Assembly (NCBI GenBank): GCA_964016885.1
Contig: OZ024741.1
Coordinates: forward strand, 406,286,001-406,350,000
Reading direction: 5' to 3'
Source: Eledone cirrhosa
Lineage: Eukaryota
DNA: 64,000 bases
The notes beneath the pieces are model-generated. The model was not told the DNA's origin, ran no database searches, and was given only the letters and a program-made list of their open reading frames with translations. Position 1 is the first letter of the stretch. Each line of letters starts with the position of its first letter. The position numbers and the translations under genes were made by a program. Positions 37,501 through 52,500 of the stretch are shown here, in pieces.

Positions 37501-40500
37501 TTGGTGGACAATGGCATGTAAGGAGGATTGAGTTACTGAGAACTTAAAGACAGAGGTTGGTGGACAATGGCATGTAAGGGGGATTGAGTTACTGTGAACT
37601 TAAAGACAGAGGTTGGTGGACAATGGCATGTAAGGGTGATTGAGTTACTGTGAACTAAATACAGAGTTTGGTGGACAATGGCATATAAGGAGGATTGAGT
37701 TACTGTGAACTTAAAGACAGAGGTTGGTAGACAGTGGCATGTAAGGAGGATTGAGTTACTGTGAACTTAAAGACAGAGGTTGGTGGACAATGGCATGTAA
37801 GGGGGATTGAATTACTGAGAACTTAAAGACAGAGGTTGATGGGCAATGGCATGTAAGGGGGATTGAGTTACTGTGAACTTAAAGACAGAGGTTGGTGGAC
37901 AATGGCATGTAAGGAGGATTGAGTTACTGTTAACTTAAAGACAGGGGTTGGTGGACAATGACATGTAAGGAGGATTGAGTTACTGTGAACTTAAAGACAG
38001 AGGTTGGTGGACAATGGCATGTAATGGGGATTGAGTTACTGTGAACTTAAAGACAGAGGTTGGTGGACAATGGCATGTAAGGAGGATTGAGTCACTGTGA
38101 ACTTAAAGACAGAGGTTGGTGGACAATGGCATGTAAGGGGGATTGAGTTACTGTGAACTTAAAGACAGAGGTTGGTGGACAATGACATGTAAGGAGGATT
38201 GAGTTACTGTGAACTTAAAGACAGAGGTTGGTGGACAATGGCATGTAAGGAGGATTGAGTTACTGTGAACTTAAAGACAGAGGTTGGTGGACAATGACAT
38301 GTAAGGGGGATTGAGTTACTGTGAACTTAAAGACAGAGGTTGGTGGACAATGACATGTAAGGAGGATTGAGTTACTGTGAACTTAAAGACAGAGGTTGGT
38401 GGACAATGGCACGTAAGGAGGATTGAGTTACTGTGAACTTAAAGACAGAGGTTGGTGGACAATGACATGTAAGGAGGATTGAGTTACTGTGAACTTAAGG
38501 ACAGAGGTTGGTGGACAATGACATGTAAGGGGGATTGAGTTACTGTGAACTTAAAGACAGAGGTTGGTGGACAATGACATGTAAGGAGGATTGAGTTACT
38601 GTGAACTTAAAGACAGAGGTAGGTGGACAATGGCATGTAAGGAGGATTGAGTTACTGTGAACTTAAAGACAGAGGTTGGTGGACAATGACATGTAAGGAG
38701 GATTGAGTTACTGTGAACTTAAAGACAGAGGTTGGTGGACAATGGCATGTAAGGAGGATTGAGTTACTGTGAACTTAAAGACAGAGGTTGGTGGACAATG
38801 GCATGTAAGGAGGATTGAGTTACTGTGAACTTAAAGACAGAGGTTGGTGTACAATGGCATGTTAGGGGGATTGAGTTACTGTGAACTTAAAGACAGAGGT
38901 TGGTGGACAATGACATGTAAGGAGGATTGAGTTACTGAGAACTTAAAGACAGAGGTTGGTGGACAATGGCATGTAAGGAGGATTGAGTTACTGTGAACTT
39001 AAAGACAGAGGTTGGTGGACAATGGCATGTAAGGAGGATTGAGTTACTGAGAACTTAAAGACAGAGGTTGGTGGACAATGACATGTAAGGAGGATTGAGT
39101 TACTGTGAACTTAAAGACAGAGGTTGGTGGACAATGACATGTAAGGAGGATTGAGTTACTGTGAACTTAAAGACAGAGGTTGGTGGACAATGACATGTAA
39201 GGAGGATTGAGTTACTGAGAACTTAAAGACAGAGGTTGGTGGACAATGGCATGTAAGGAGGATTGAGTTACTGAGAACTTAAAGACAGAGGTTGGTGGAC
39301 AATGGCATGTAAGGGGGATTGAGTTACTGTGAACTTAAAGACAGAGGTTGGTGGACAATGGCATGTAAGGGTGATTGAGTTACTGTGAACTAAATACAGA
39401 GTTTGGTGGACAATGGCATATAAGGAGGATTGAGTTACTGTGAACTTAAAGACAGAGGTTGGTAGACAGTGGCATGTAAGGAGGATTGAGTTACTGTGAA
39501 CTTAAAGACAGAGGTTGGTGGACAATGGCATGTAAGGGGGATTGAATTACTGAGAACTTAAAGACAGAGGTTGATGGGCAATGGCAATGTAAGGGGGATT
39601 GAGTTACTGTGAACTTAAAGACAGAGGTTGGTGGACAATGGCATGTAAGGAGGATTGAGTTACTGTTAACTTAAAGACAGAGGTTGGTGGACAATGACAT
39701 GTAAGGAGGATTGAGTTACTGTGAACTTAAAGACAGAGGTTGGTGGACAATGGCATGTAAGGGGGATTTAGTTACTGTGAACTTAAAGACAGAGGTTGGT
39801 GGACAATGGCATGTAAGGAGGATTGAGTCACTGTGAACTTAAAGACAGAGGTTGGTGGACAATGGCATGTAAGGGGGATTGAGTTACTGTGAACTTAAAG
39901 ACAGAGGTTGGTGGACAATGACATATAAGGAGGATTGAGTTACTGAGAACTTAAAGACAGAGGTTGGTGGACAATGACATGTAAGGAGGATTGAGTTACT
40001 GAGAACTTAAAGACAGAGGTTGGTGGACAATGGCATGTAAGGAGGATTGAGTTACTGAGAACTTAAAGACAGAGGTTGGTGGACAATGACATGTAAGGAG
40101 GATTGAGTTACTGTGAACTTAAAGACAGAGGTTGGTGGACAATGACATGTAAGGAGGATTGAGTTACTGTGAACTTAAAGACAGAGGTTGGTGGACAATG
40201 ACATGTAAGGAGGATTGAGTTACTGAGAACTTAAAGACAGAGGTTGGTGGACAATGGCATGTAAGGAGGATTGAGTTACTGAGAACTTAAAGACAGAGGT
40301 TGGTGGACAATGACATGTAAGGAGGATTGAGTTACTGTGAACTTAAAGACAGAGGTTGGTGGACAATGACATGTAAGGGGGATGAGTTACTGTGAACCTA
40401 AAGACAGAGGTTGGTGGACAATGAAATGTAAGGAGGATTGAGTTACTGTGAACTTAAAGACAGAGGTTGGTGGACAATGGCATGTAAGGAGGATTGAGTT

Positions 40501-43500
40501 ACTGTGAACTTAAAGACAGAGGTTGGTGGACAATGGCATGTAAGGGGGATTGAGTTACTGTGAACTTAAAGACAGAGTTTGGTGGACAATGGCATGTAAG
40601 GAGGATTGAGTTACTGTGAAATTAAAGACAGAGGTTGGTGGACAATGGCATGTAAGGGGGATTGAGTTACTGTGAACTTAAAGACAGAGGTTGGTGGACA
40701 ATGGCATGTAAGGAGGATTGAGTTACTGTGAACTTAAAGACAGAGGTTGCTGGACAATGGCATGTAAGGAGGATTGAGTTACTGTGAACTTAAAGACAGA
40801 GGTTGGTGGACAATGGCATATAAGGGGGATTGGGTTACTGTGAACTTAAAGACAGAGGTTGGTGGACAATGGCATGTAAGGAGGATTGAGTTACTGTGAA
40901 CTTAAAGACAGAAGTTGGTGGACAATGACATGTAAGGAGGATTGAGTTACTGAGAACTTAAAGACAGTGGTTGGTGGACAATGGCATGTAAGGAGGATTG
41001 AGTTACTCTGAACTTAAAGACAGAGATGGTGGACAATGGCATGTAAGGAGGATTGAGTTACTGAGAACTTAAAGACAGAGGTTGGTGGACAATGACATGT
41101 AAGGAGGATTGAGTTACTGTGAACTTAAAGACAGAGGTTGGTGGACAATGGCATGTAAGGAGGATTGAGTTACTGTGAACTTAAAGACAGAGGTTGGTGG
41201 ACAATGACATGTAAGGAGGATTGAGTTACTGTGAACTTAAAGATAGAGGTTGGTGGACAATGGCATGTAAGGGGGATTGAGTTACTGTGAACTTAAAGAC
41301 AGAGGTTGGTGGACAATGGCATGTAAGGGTGATTGAGTTACTGTGAACTAAATACAGAGTTTGGTGGACAATGGCATATAAGGAGGATTGAGTTACTGTG
41401 AACTTAAAGACAGAGGTTGGTGGACAGTGGCATGTAAGGAGGATTGAGTTACTGTGAACTTAAAGACAGAGGTTGGTGGACAATGGCATGTAAGGGTGAT
41501 TGAGTTACTGTGAACTAAATACAGAGTTTGGTGGACAATGGCATATAAGGAGGATTGAGTTACTGTGAACTTAAAGACAGAGGTTGGTAGACAGTGGCAT
41601 GTAAGGAGGATTGAGTTACTGTGAACTTAAAGACAGAGGTTGGTGGACAATGGCATGTAAGGGGGATTGAATTACTGAGAACTTAAAGACAGAGGTTGAT
41701 GGGCAATGGCATGTAAGGGGGATTGAGTTACTGTGAACTTAAAGACAGAGGTTGGTGGACAATGGCATGTAAGGAGGATTGAGTTACTGTTAACTTAAAG
41801 ACAGGGGTTGGTGGACAATGACATGTAAGGAGGATTGAGTTACTGTGAACTTAAAGACAGAGGTTGGTGGACAATGGCATGTAAGGGGGATTGAGTTACT
41901 GTGAACTTAAAGACAGAGGTTGGTGGACAATGGCATGTAAGGAGGATTGAGTCACTGTGAACTTAAAGACAGAGGTTGGTGGACAATGGCATGTAAGGAG
42001 GATTGAGTTACTGTGAACTTAAAGACAGAGGTTGCTGGACAATGGCATGTAAGGAGGATTGAGTTACTGTGAACTTAAAGACAGAGGTTGGTGGACAATG
42101 GCATATAAGGGGGATTGGGTTACTGTGAACTTAAAGACAGAGGTTGGTGGACAATGGCATGTAAGGAGGATTGAGTTACTGTGAACTTAAAGACAGAAGT
42201 TGGTGGACAATGACATGTAAGGAGGATTGAGTTACTGAGAACTTAAAGACAGAGGTTGGTGGACAATGGCATGTAAGGAGGATTGAGTTACTGTGAACTT
42301 AAAGACAGAGATGGTGGACAATGGCATGTAAGGAGGATTGAGTTACTGAAAACTTAAAGACAGAGGTTGGTGGACAATGACATGTAAGGAGGATTGAGTT
42401 ACTGTGAACTTAAAGACAGAGGTTGGTGGACAATGGCATGTAAGGAGGATTGAGTTACTGTGAACTTAAAGACAGAGGTTGGTGGACAATGACATGTAAG
42501 GAGGATTGAGTTACTGTGAACTTAAAGATAGAGGTTGGTGGACAATGGCATGTAAGGGGGATTGAGTTACTGTGAACTTAAAGACAGAGGTTGGTGGACA
42601 ATGGCATGTAAGGGTGATTGAGTTACTGTGAACTAAATACAGAGTTTGGTGGACAATGGCATATAAGGAGGATTGAGTTACTGTGAACTTAAAGACAGAG
42701 GTTGGTGGACAGTGGCATGTAAGGAGGATTGAGTTACTGTGAACTTAAAGACAGAGGTTGGTGGACAATGGCATGTAAGGGTGATTGAGTTACTGTGAAC
42801 TAAATACAGAGTTTGGTGGACAATGGCATATAAGGAGAATTGAGTTACTGTGAACTTAAAGACAGAGGTTGGTAGACAGTGGCATGTAAGGAGGATTGAG
42901 TTACTGTGAACTTAAAGACAGAGGTTGGTGGACAATGGCATGTAAGGGGGATTGAATTACTGAGAACTTAAAGACAGAGGTTGGTGGACAATGGCATGTA
43001 AGGGGGATTGAGTTACTGTGAACTTAAAGACAGAGGTTGGTGGACAATGACATATAAGGAGGATTGAGTTACTGAGAACTTAAAGACAGAGGTTGGTGGA
43101 CAATGACATGTAAGGAGGATTGAGTTACTGAGAACTTAAAGACAGAGGTTGGTGGACAATGGCATGTAAGGAGGATTGAGTTACTGAGAACTTAAAGACA
43201 GAGGTTGGTGGACAATGACATGTAAGGAGGATTGAGTTACTGTGAACTTAAAGACAGAGGTTGGTGGACAATGACATGTAAGGAGGATTGAGTTACTGTG
43301 AACTTAAAGACAGAGGTTGGTGGACAATGACATGTAAGGAGGATTGAGTTACTGAGAACTTAAAGACAGAGGTTGGTGGACAATGGCATGTAAGGAGGAT
43401 TGAGTTACTGAGAACTTAAAGACAGAGGTTGGTGGACAATGGCATGTAAGGGGGATTGAGTTACTGTGAACTTAAAGACAGAGGTTGGTGGACAATGGCA

Positions 43501-46500
43501 TGTAAGGGTGATTGAGTTACTGTGAACTAAATACAGAGTTTGGTGGACAATGGCATATAAGGAGGATTGAGTTACTGTGAACTTAAAGACAGAGGTTGGT
43601 GGACAATGACATGTAAGGAGGATTGAGTTACTGTGAACTTAAAGACAGAGGTTGGTGGACAATGACATGTAAGGAGGATTGAGTTACTGTGAACTTAAAG
43701 ACAGAGGTTGGTGGACAATGACATGTAAGGGGGATTGAGTTACTGTGAACCTAAAGACAGAGGTTGGTGGACAATGAAATGTAAGGAGGATTGAGTTACT
43801 GTGAAATTAAAGACAGAGGTTGGTGGACAATGGCATGTAAGGAGGATTGAGTTACTGTGAACTTAAAGACAGAGGTTGGTGGACAATGGCATGTAAGGGG
43901 GATTGAGTTACTGTGAACTTAAAGACAGAGTTTGGTGGACAATGGCATGTAAGGAGGATTGAGTTACTGTGAAATTAAAGACAGAGGTTGGTGGACAATG
44001 GCATGTAAGGGGGATTGAGTTACTGTGAACTTAAAGACAGAGGTTGGTGGACAATGGCATGTAAGGAGGATTGAGTTACTGTGAACTTAAAGACAGAGGT
44101 TGCTGGACAATGGCATGTAAGGAGGATTGAGTTACTGTGAACTTAAAGACAGAGGTTGGTGGACAATGGCATATAAGGGGGATTGGGTTACTGTGAACTT
44201 AAAGACAGAGGTTGGTGGACAATGGCATGTAAGGAGGATTGAGTTACTGTGAACTTAAAGACAGAAGTTGGTGGACAATGACATGTAAGGAGGATTGAGT
44301 TACTGAGAACTTAAAGACAGAGGTTGGTGGACAATGGCATGTAAGGAGGATTGAGTTACTCTGAACTTAAAGACAGAGATGGTGGACAATGGCATGTAAG
44401 GAGGATTGAGTTACTGAGAACTTAAAGACAGAGGTTGGTGGACAATGACATGTAAGGAGGATTGAGTTACTGTGAACTTAAAGACAGAGGTTGGTGGACA
44501 ATGGCATGTAAGGAGGATTGAGTTACTGTGAACTTAAAGACAGAGGTTGGTGGACAATGACATGTAAGGAGGATTGAGTTACTGTGAACTTAAAGATAGA
44601 GGTTGGTGGACAATGGCATGTAAGGGGGATTGAGTTACTGTGAACTTAAAGACAGAGGTTGGTGGACAATGGCATGTAAGGGTGATTGAGTTACTGTGAA
44701 CTAAATACAGAGTTTGGTGGACAATGGCATATAAGGAGGATTGAGTTACTGTGAACTTAAAGACAGAGGTTGGTGGACAGTGGCATGTAAGGAGGATTGA
44801 GTTACTGTGAACTTAAAGACAGAGGTTGGTGGACAATGGCATGTAAGGGTGATTGAGTTACTGTGAACTAAATACAGAGTTTGGTGGACAATGGCATATA
44901 AGGAGGATTGAGTTACTGTGAATTTAAAGACAGAGGTTGGTAGACAGTGGCATGTAAGGAGGATTGAGTTACTGTGAACTTAAAGACAGAGGTTGGTGGA
45001 CAATGGCATGTAAGGGGGATTGAATTACTGAGAACTTAAAGACAGGTTGATGGGCAATGGCATGTAAGGGGGATTGAGTTACTGTGAACTTAAAGACAGA
45101 GGTTGGTGGACAATGGCATGTAAGGAGGATTGAGTTACTGTTAACTTAAAGACAGGGGTTGGTGGACAATGACATGTAAGGAGGATTGAGTTACTGTGAA
45201 CTTAAAGACAGAGGTTGGTGGACAATGGCATGTAAGGGGGATTGAGTTACTGTGAACTTAAAGACAGAGGTTGGTGGACAATGGCATGTAAGGAGGATTG
45301 AGTCACTGTGAACTTAAAGACAGAGGTTGGTGGACAATGGCATGTAAGGAGGATTGAGTTACTGTGAACTTAAAGACAGAGGTTGCTGGACAATGGCATG
45401 TAAGGAGGATTGAGTTACTGTGAACTTAAAGACAGAGGTTGGTGGACAATGGCATATAAGGGGGATTGGGTTACTGTGAACTTAAAGACAGAGGTTGGTG
45501 GACAATGGCATGTAAGGAGGATTGAGTTACTGTGAACTTAAAGACAGAAGTTGGTGGACAATGACATGTAAGGAGGATTGAGTTACTGAGAACTTAAAGA
45601 CAGAGGTTGGTGGACAATGGCATGTAAGGAGGATTGAGTTACTGTGAACTTAAAGACAGAGATGGTGGACAATGGCATGTAAGGAGGATTGAGTTACTGA
45701 GAACTTAAAGACAGAGGTTGGTGGACAATGACATGTAAGGAGGATTGAGTTACTGTGAACTTAAAGACAGAGGTTGGTGGACAATGGCATGTAAGGAGGA
45801 TTGAGTTACTGTGAACTTAAAGACAGAGGTTGGTGGACAATGACATGTAAGGAGGATTGAGTTACTGTGAACTTAAAGATAGAGGTTGGTGGACAATGGC
45901 ATGTAAGGGGGATTGAGTTACTGTGAACTTAAAGACAGAGGTTGGTGGACAATGGCATGTAAGGGTGATTGAGTTACTGTGAACTAAATACAGAGTTTGG
46001 TGGACAATGGCATATAAGGAGGATTGAGTTACTGTGAACTTAAAGACAGAGGTTGGTGGACAGTGGCATGTAAGGAGGATTGAGTTACTGTGAACTTAAA
46101 GACAGAGGTTGGTGGACAATGGCATGTAAGGGTGATTGAGTTACTGTGAACTAAATACAGAGTTTGGTGGACAATGGCATATAAGGAGGATTGAGTTACT
46201 GTGAACTTAAAGACAGAGGTTGGTAGACAGTGGCATGTAAGGAGGATTGAGTTACTGTGAACTTAAAGACAGAGGTTGGTGGACAATGGCATGTAAGGGG
46301 GATTGAATTACTGAGAACTTAAAGACAGAGGTTGGTGGACAATGGCATGTAAGGGGGATTGAGTTACTGTGAACTTAAAGACAGAGGTTGGTGGACAATG
46401 ACATATAAGGAGGATTGAGTTACTGAGAACTTAAAGACAGAGGTTGGTGGACAATGACATGTAAGGAGGATTGAGTTACTGAGAACTTAAAGACAGAGGT

Positions 46501-49500
46501 TGGTGGACAATGGCATGTAAGGAGGATTGAGTTACTGAGAACTTAAAGACAGAGGTTGGTGGACAATGACATGTAAGGAGGATTGAGTTACTGTGAACTT
46601 AAAGACAGAGGTTGGTGGACAATGACATGTAAGGAGGATTGAGTTACTGTGAACTTAAAAACAGAGGTTGGTGGACAATGACATGTAAGGAGGATTGAGT
46701 TACTGAGAACTTAAAGACAGAGGTTGGTGGACAATGGCATGTAAGGAGGATTGAGTTACTGAGAACTTAAAGACAGAGGTTGGTGGACAATGGCATGTAA
46801 GGGGGATTGAGTTACTGTGAACTTAAAGACAGAGGTTGGTGGACAATGGCATGTAAGGGTGATTGAGTTACTGTGAACTAAATACAGAGTTTGGTGGACA
46901 ATGGCATATAAGGAGGATTGAGTTACTGTGAACTTAAAGACAGAGGTTGGTGGACAATGACATGTAAGGAGGATTGAGTTACTGTGAACTTAAAGACAGA
47001 GGTTGGTGGACAATGACATGTAAGGAGGATTGAGTTACTGTGAACTTAAAGACAGAGGTTGGTGGACAATGACATGTAAGGGGGATTGAGTTACTGTGAA
47101 CCTAAAGACAGAGGTTGGTGGACAATGAAATGTAAGGAGGATTGAGTTACTGTGAAATTAAAGACAGAGGTTGGTGGACAATGGCATGTAAGGAGGATTG
47201 AGTTACTGTGAACTTAAAGACAGAGGTTGGTGGACAATGGCATGTAAGGGGGATTGAGTTACTGTGAACTTAAAGACAGAGTTTGGTGGACAATGGCATG
47301 TAAGGAGGATTGAGTTACTGTGAAATTAAAGACAGAGGTTGGTGGACAATGGCATGTAAGGGGGATTGAGTTACTGTGAACTTAAAGACAGAGGTTGGTG
47401 GACAATGGCATGTAAGGAGGATTGAGTTACTGTGAACTTAAAGACAGAGGTTGCTGGACAATGGCATGTAAGGAGGATTGAGTTACTGTGAACTTAAAGA
47501 CAGAGGTTGGTGGACAATGGCATATAAGGGGGATTGGGTTACTGTGAACTTAAAGACAGAGGTTGGTGGACAATGGCATGTAAGGAGGATTGAGTTACTG
47601 TGAACTTAAAGACAGAAGTTGGTGGACAATGACATGTAAGGAGGATTGAGTTACTGAGAACTTAAAGACAGAGGTTGGTGGACAATGGCATGTAAGGAGG
47701 ATTGAGTTACTCTGAACTTAAAGACAGAGATGGTGGACAATGGCATGTAAGGAGGATTGAGTTACTGAGAACTTAAAGACAGAGGTTGGTGGACAATGAC
47801 ATGTAAGGAGGATTGAGTTACTGTGAACTTAAAGACAGAGGTTGGTGGACAATGGCATGTAAGGAGGATTGAGTTACTGTGAACTTAAAGACAGAGGTTG
47901 GTGGACAATGACATGTAAGGAGGATTGAGTTACTGTGAACTTAAAGATAGAGGTTGGTGGACAATGGCATGTAAGGGGGATTGAGTTACTGTGAACTTAA
48001 AGACAGAGGTTGGTGGACAATGGCATGTAAGGGTGATTGAGTTACTGTGAACTAAATACAGAGTTTGGTGGACAATGGCATATAAGGAGGATTGAGTTAC
48101 TGTGAACTTAAAGACAGAGGTTGGTGGACAGTGGCATGTAAGGAGGATTGAGTTACTGTGAACTTAAAGACAGAGGTTGGTGGACAATGGCATGTAAGGG
48201 TGATTGAGTTACTGTGAACTAAATACAGAGTTTGGTGGACAATGGCATATAAGGAGGATTGAGTTACTGTGAACTTAAAGACAGCGGTTGGTAGACAGTG
48301 GCATGTAAGGAGGATTGAGTTACTGTGAACTTAAAGACAGAGGTTGGTGGACAATGGCATGTAAGGGGGATTGAATTACTGAGAACTTAAAGACAGGTTG
48401 ATGGGCAATGGCATGTAAGGGGGATTGAGTTACTGTGAACTTAAAGACAGAGGTTGGTGGACAATGGCATGTAAGGAGGATTGAGTTACTTTTAACTTAA
48501 AGACAGGGGTTGGTGGACAATGACATGTAAGGAGGATTGAGTTACTGTGAACTTAAAGACAGAGGTTGGTGGACAATGGCATGTAAGGGGGATTGAGTTA
48601 CTGTGAACTTAAAGACAGAGGTTGGTGGACAATGGCATGTAAGGAGGATTGAGTCACTGTGAACTTAAAGACAGAGGTTGGTGGACAATGGCATGTAAGG
48701 AGGATTGAGTTACTGTGAACTTAAAGACAGAGGTTGCTGGACAATGGCATGTAAGGAGGATTGAGTTACTGTGAACTTAAAGACAGAGGTTGGTGGACAA
48801 TGGCATATAAGGGGGATTGGGTTACTGTGAACTTAAAGACAGAGGTTGGTGGACAATGGCATGTAAGGAGGATTGAGTTACTGTGAACTTAAAGACAGAA
48901 GTTGGTGGACAATGACATGTAAGGAGGATTGAGTTACTGAGAACTTAAAGACAGAGGTTGGTGGACAATGGCATGTAAGGAGGATTGAGTTACTGTGAAC
49001 TTAAAGACAGAGATGGTGGACAATGGCATGTAAGGAGGATTGAGTTACTGAGAACTTAAAGACAGAGGTTGGTGGACAATGACATGTAAGGAGGATTGAG
49101 TTACTGTGAACTTAAAGACAGAGGTTGGTGGACAATGGCATGTAAGGAGGATTGAGTTACTGTGAACTTAAAGACAGAGGTTGGTGGACAATGACATGTA
49201 AGGAGGATTGAGTTACTGTGAACTTAAAGATAGAGGTTGGTGGACAATGGCATGTAAGGGGGATTGAGTTACTGTGAACTTAAAGACAGAGGTTGGTGGA
49301 CAATGGCATGTAAGGGTGATTGAGTTACTGTGAACTAAATACAGAGTTTGGTGGACAATGGCATATAAGGAGGATTGAGTTACTGTGAACTTAAAGACAG
49401 AGGTTGGTGGACAGTGGCATGTAAGGAGGATTGAGTTACTGTGAACTTAAAGACAGAGGTTGGTGGACAATGGCATGTAAGGGTGATTGAGTTACTGTGA

Positions 49501-52500
49501 ACTAAATACAGAGTTTGGTGGACAATGGCATATAAGGAGGATTGAGTTACTGTGAACTTAAAGACAGAGGTTGGTAGACAGTGGCATGTAAGGAGGATTG
49601 AGTTACTGTGAACTTAAAGACAGAGGTTGGTGGACAATGGCATGTAAGGGGGATTGAATTACTGAGAACTTAAAGACAGAGGTTGATGGGCAATGGCATG
49701 TAAGGGGGATTGAGTTACTGTGAACTTAAAGACAGAGGTTGGTGGACAATGGCATGTAAGGAGGATTGAGTTACTGTTAACTTAAGGACAGGGGTTGGTG
49801 GACAATGACATGTAAGGAGGATTGAGTTACTGTGAACTTAAAGACAGAGGTTGGTGGACAATGGCATGTAAGGGGGATTGAGTTACTGTGAACTTAAAGA
49901 CAGAGGTTGGTGGACAATGGCATGTAAGGAGGATTGAGTCACTGTGAACTTAAAGACAGAGGTTGGTGGACAATGGCATGTAAGGGGGATTGAGTTACTG
50001 TGAACTTAAAGACAGAGGTTGGTGGACAATGACATGTAAGGAGGATTGAGTTACTGTGAACTTAAAGACAGAGGTTGGTGGACAATGGCATGTAAGGAGG
50101 ATTGAGTTACTGTGAACTTAAAGACAGAGGTTGGTAGACAATGACATGTAAGGGGGATTGAGTTACTGTGAACTTAAAGACAGAGGTTGGTGGACAATGA
50201 CATGTAAGGAGGATTGAGTTACTGTGAACTTAAAGACAGAGATTGGTGGACAATGGCACGTAAGGAGGATTGAGTTACTGTGAACTTAAAGACAGAGGTT
50301 GGTGGACAATGACATGTAAGGAGGATTGAGTTACTGTGAACTTAAAGACAGAGGTTGGTGGACAATGACATGTAAGGGGGATTGAGTTACTGTGAACTGA
50401 AAGACAGAGGTTGGTGGACAATGACATGTAAGGAGGATTGAGTTACTGTGAACTTAAAGACAGAGGTAGGTGGACAATGGCATGTAAGGAGGATTGAGTT
50501 ACTGTGAACTTAAAGACAGAGGTTGGTGGACAATGACATGTAAGGAGGATTGAGTTACTGTGAACTTAAAGACAGAGGTTGGTGGACAATGGCATGTAAG
50601 GAGGATTGAGTTACTGTGAACTTAAAGACAGAGGTTGGTGTACAATGGCATGTTAGGGGGATTGAGTTACTGTGAACTTAAAGACAGGGGTTGGTGGACA
50701 ATGACATGTAAGGAGGATTGAGTTACTGAGAACTTAAAGACAGAGGTTGGTGGACAATGGCATGTAAGGAGGATTGAGTTACTGTGAACTTAAAGACAGA
50801 GGTTGGTGGACAATCGCATGTAAGGAGGATTGAGTTACTGAGAACTTAAAGACAGAGGTTGGTGGACAATGACATGTAAGGAGGATTGAGTTACTGTGAA
50901 CTTAAAGACAGAGGTTGGTGGACAATGACATGTAAGGAGGATTGAGTTACTGTGAACTTAAAGACAGAGGTTGGTGGACAATGACATGTAAGGAGGATTG
51001 AGTTACTGAGAACTTAAAGACAGAGGTTGGTGGACAATGGCATGTAAGGAGGATTGAGTTACTGAGAACTTAAAGACAGAGGTTGGTGGACAATGGCATG
51101 TAAGGGGGATTGAGTTACTGTGAACTTAAAGACAGAGGTTGGTGGACAATGGCATGTAAGGGTGATTGAGTTACTGTGAACTAAATACAGAGTTTGGTGG
51201 ACAATGGCATATAAGGAGGATTGAGTTACTGTGAACTTAAAGACAGAGGTTGGTGGACAATGGCATGTAAGGGGGATTGAGTTACTGTGAACTTAAAGAC
51301 AGAGGTTGGTGGACAATGGCATGTAAGGGTGATTGAGTTACTGTGAACTAAATACAGAGTTTGGTGGACAATGGCATATAAGGAGGATTGAGTTACTGTG
51401 AACTTAAAGACAGAGGTTGGTGGACAGTGGCATGTAAGGAGGATTGAGTTACTGTGAACTTAAAGACAGAGGTTGGTGGACAATGGCATGTAAGGGTGAT
51501 TGAGTTACTGTGAACTAAATACAGAGTTTGGTGGACAATGGCATATAAGGAGGATTGAGTTACTGTGAACTTAAAGACAGAGGTTGGTAGACAGTGGCAT
51601 GTAAGGAGGATTGAGTTACTGTGAACTTAAAGACAGAGGTTGGTGGACAATGGCATGTAAGGGGGATTGAATTACTGAGAACTTAAAGACAGGTTGATGG
51701 GCAATGGCATGTAAGGGGGATTGAGTTACTGTGAACTTAAAGACAGAGGTTGGTGGACAATGGCATGTAAGGAGGATTGAGTTACTTTTAACTTAAAGAC
51801 AGGGGTTGGTGGACAATGACATGTAAGGAGGATTGAGTTACTGTGAACTTAAAGACAGAGGTTGGTGGACAATGGCATGTAAGGGGGATTGAGTTACTGT
51901 GAACTTAAAGACAGAGGTTGGTGGACAATGGCATGTAAGGAGGATTGAGTCACTGTGAACTTAAAGACAGAGGTTGGTGGACAATGGCATGTAAGGAGGA
52001 TTGAGTTACTGTGAACTTAAAGACAGAGGTTGCTGGACAATGGCATGTAAGGAGGATTGAGTTACTGTGAACTTAAAGACAGAGGTTGGTGGACAATGGC
52101 ATATAAGGGGGATTGGGTTACTGTGAACTTAAAGACAGAGGTTGGTGGACAATGGCATGTAAGGAGGATTGAGTTACTGTGAACTTAAAGACAGAAGTTG
52201 GTGGACAATGACATGTAAGGAGGATTGAGTTACTGAGAACTTAAAGACAGAGGTTGGTGGACAATGGCATGTAAGGAGGATTGAGTTACTGTGAACTTAA
52301 AGACAGAGATGGTGGACAATGGCATGTAAGGAGGATTGAGTTACTGAGAACTTAAAGACAGAGGTTGGTGGACAATGACATGTAAGGAGGATTGAGTTAC
52401 TGTGAACTTAAAGACAGAGGTTGGTGGACAATGGCATGTAAGGAGGATTGAGTTACTGTGAACTTAAAGACAGAGGTTGGTGGACAATGACATGTAAGGA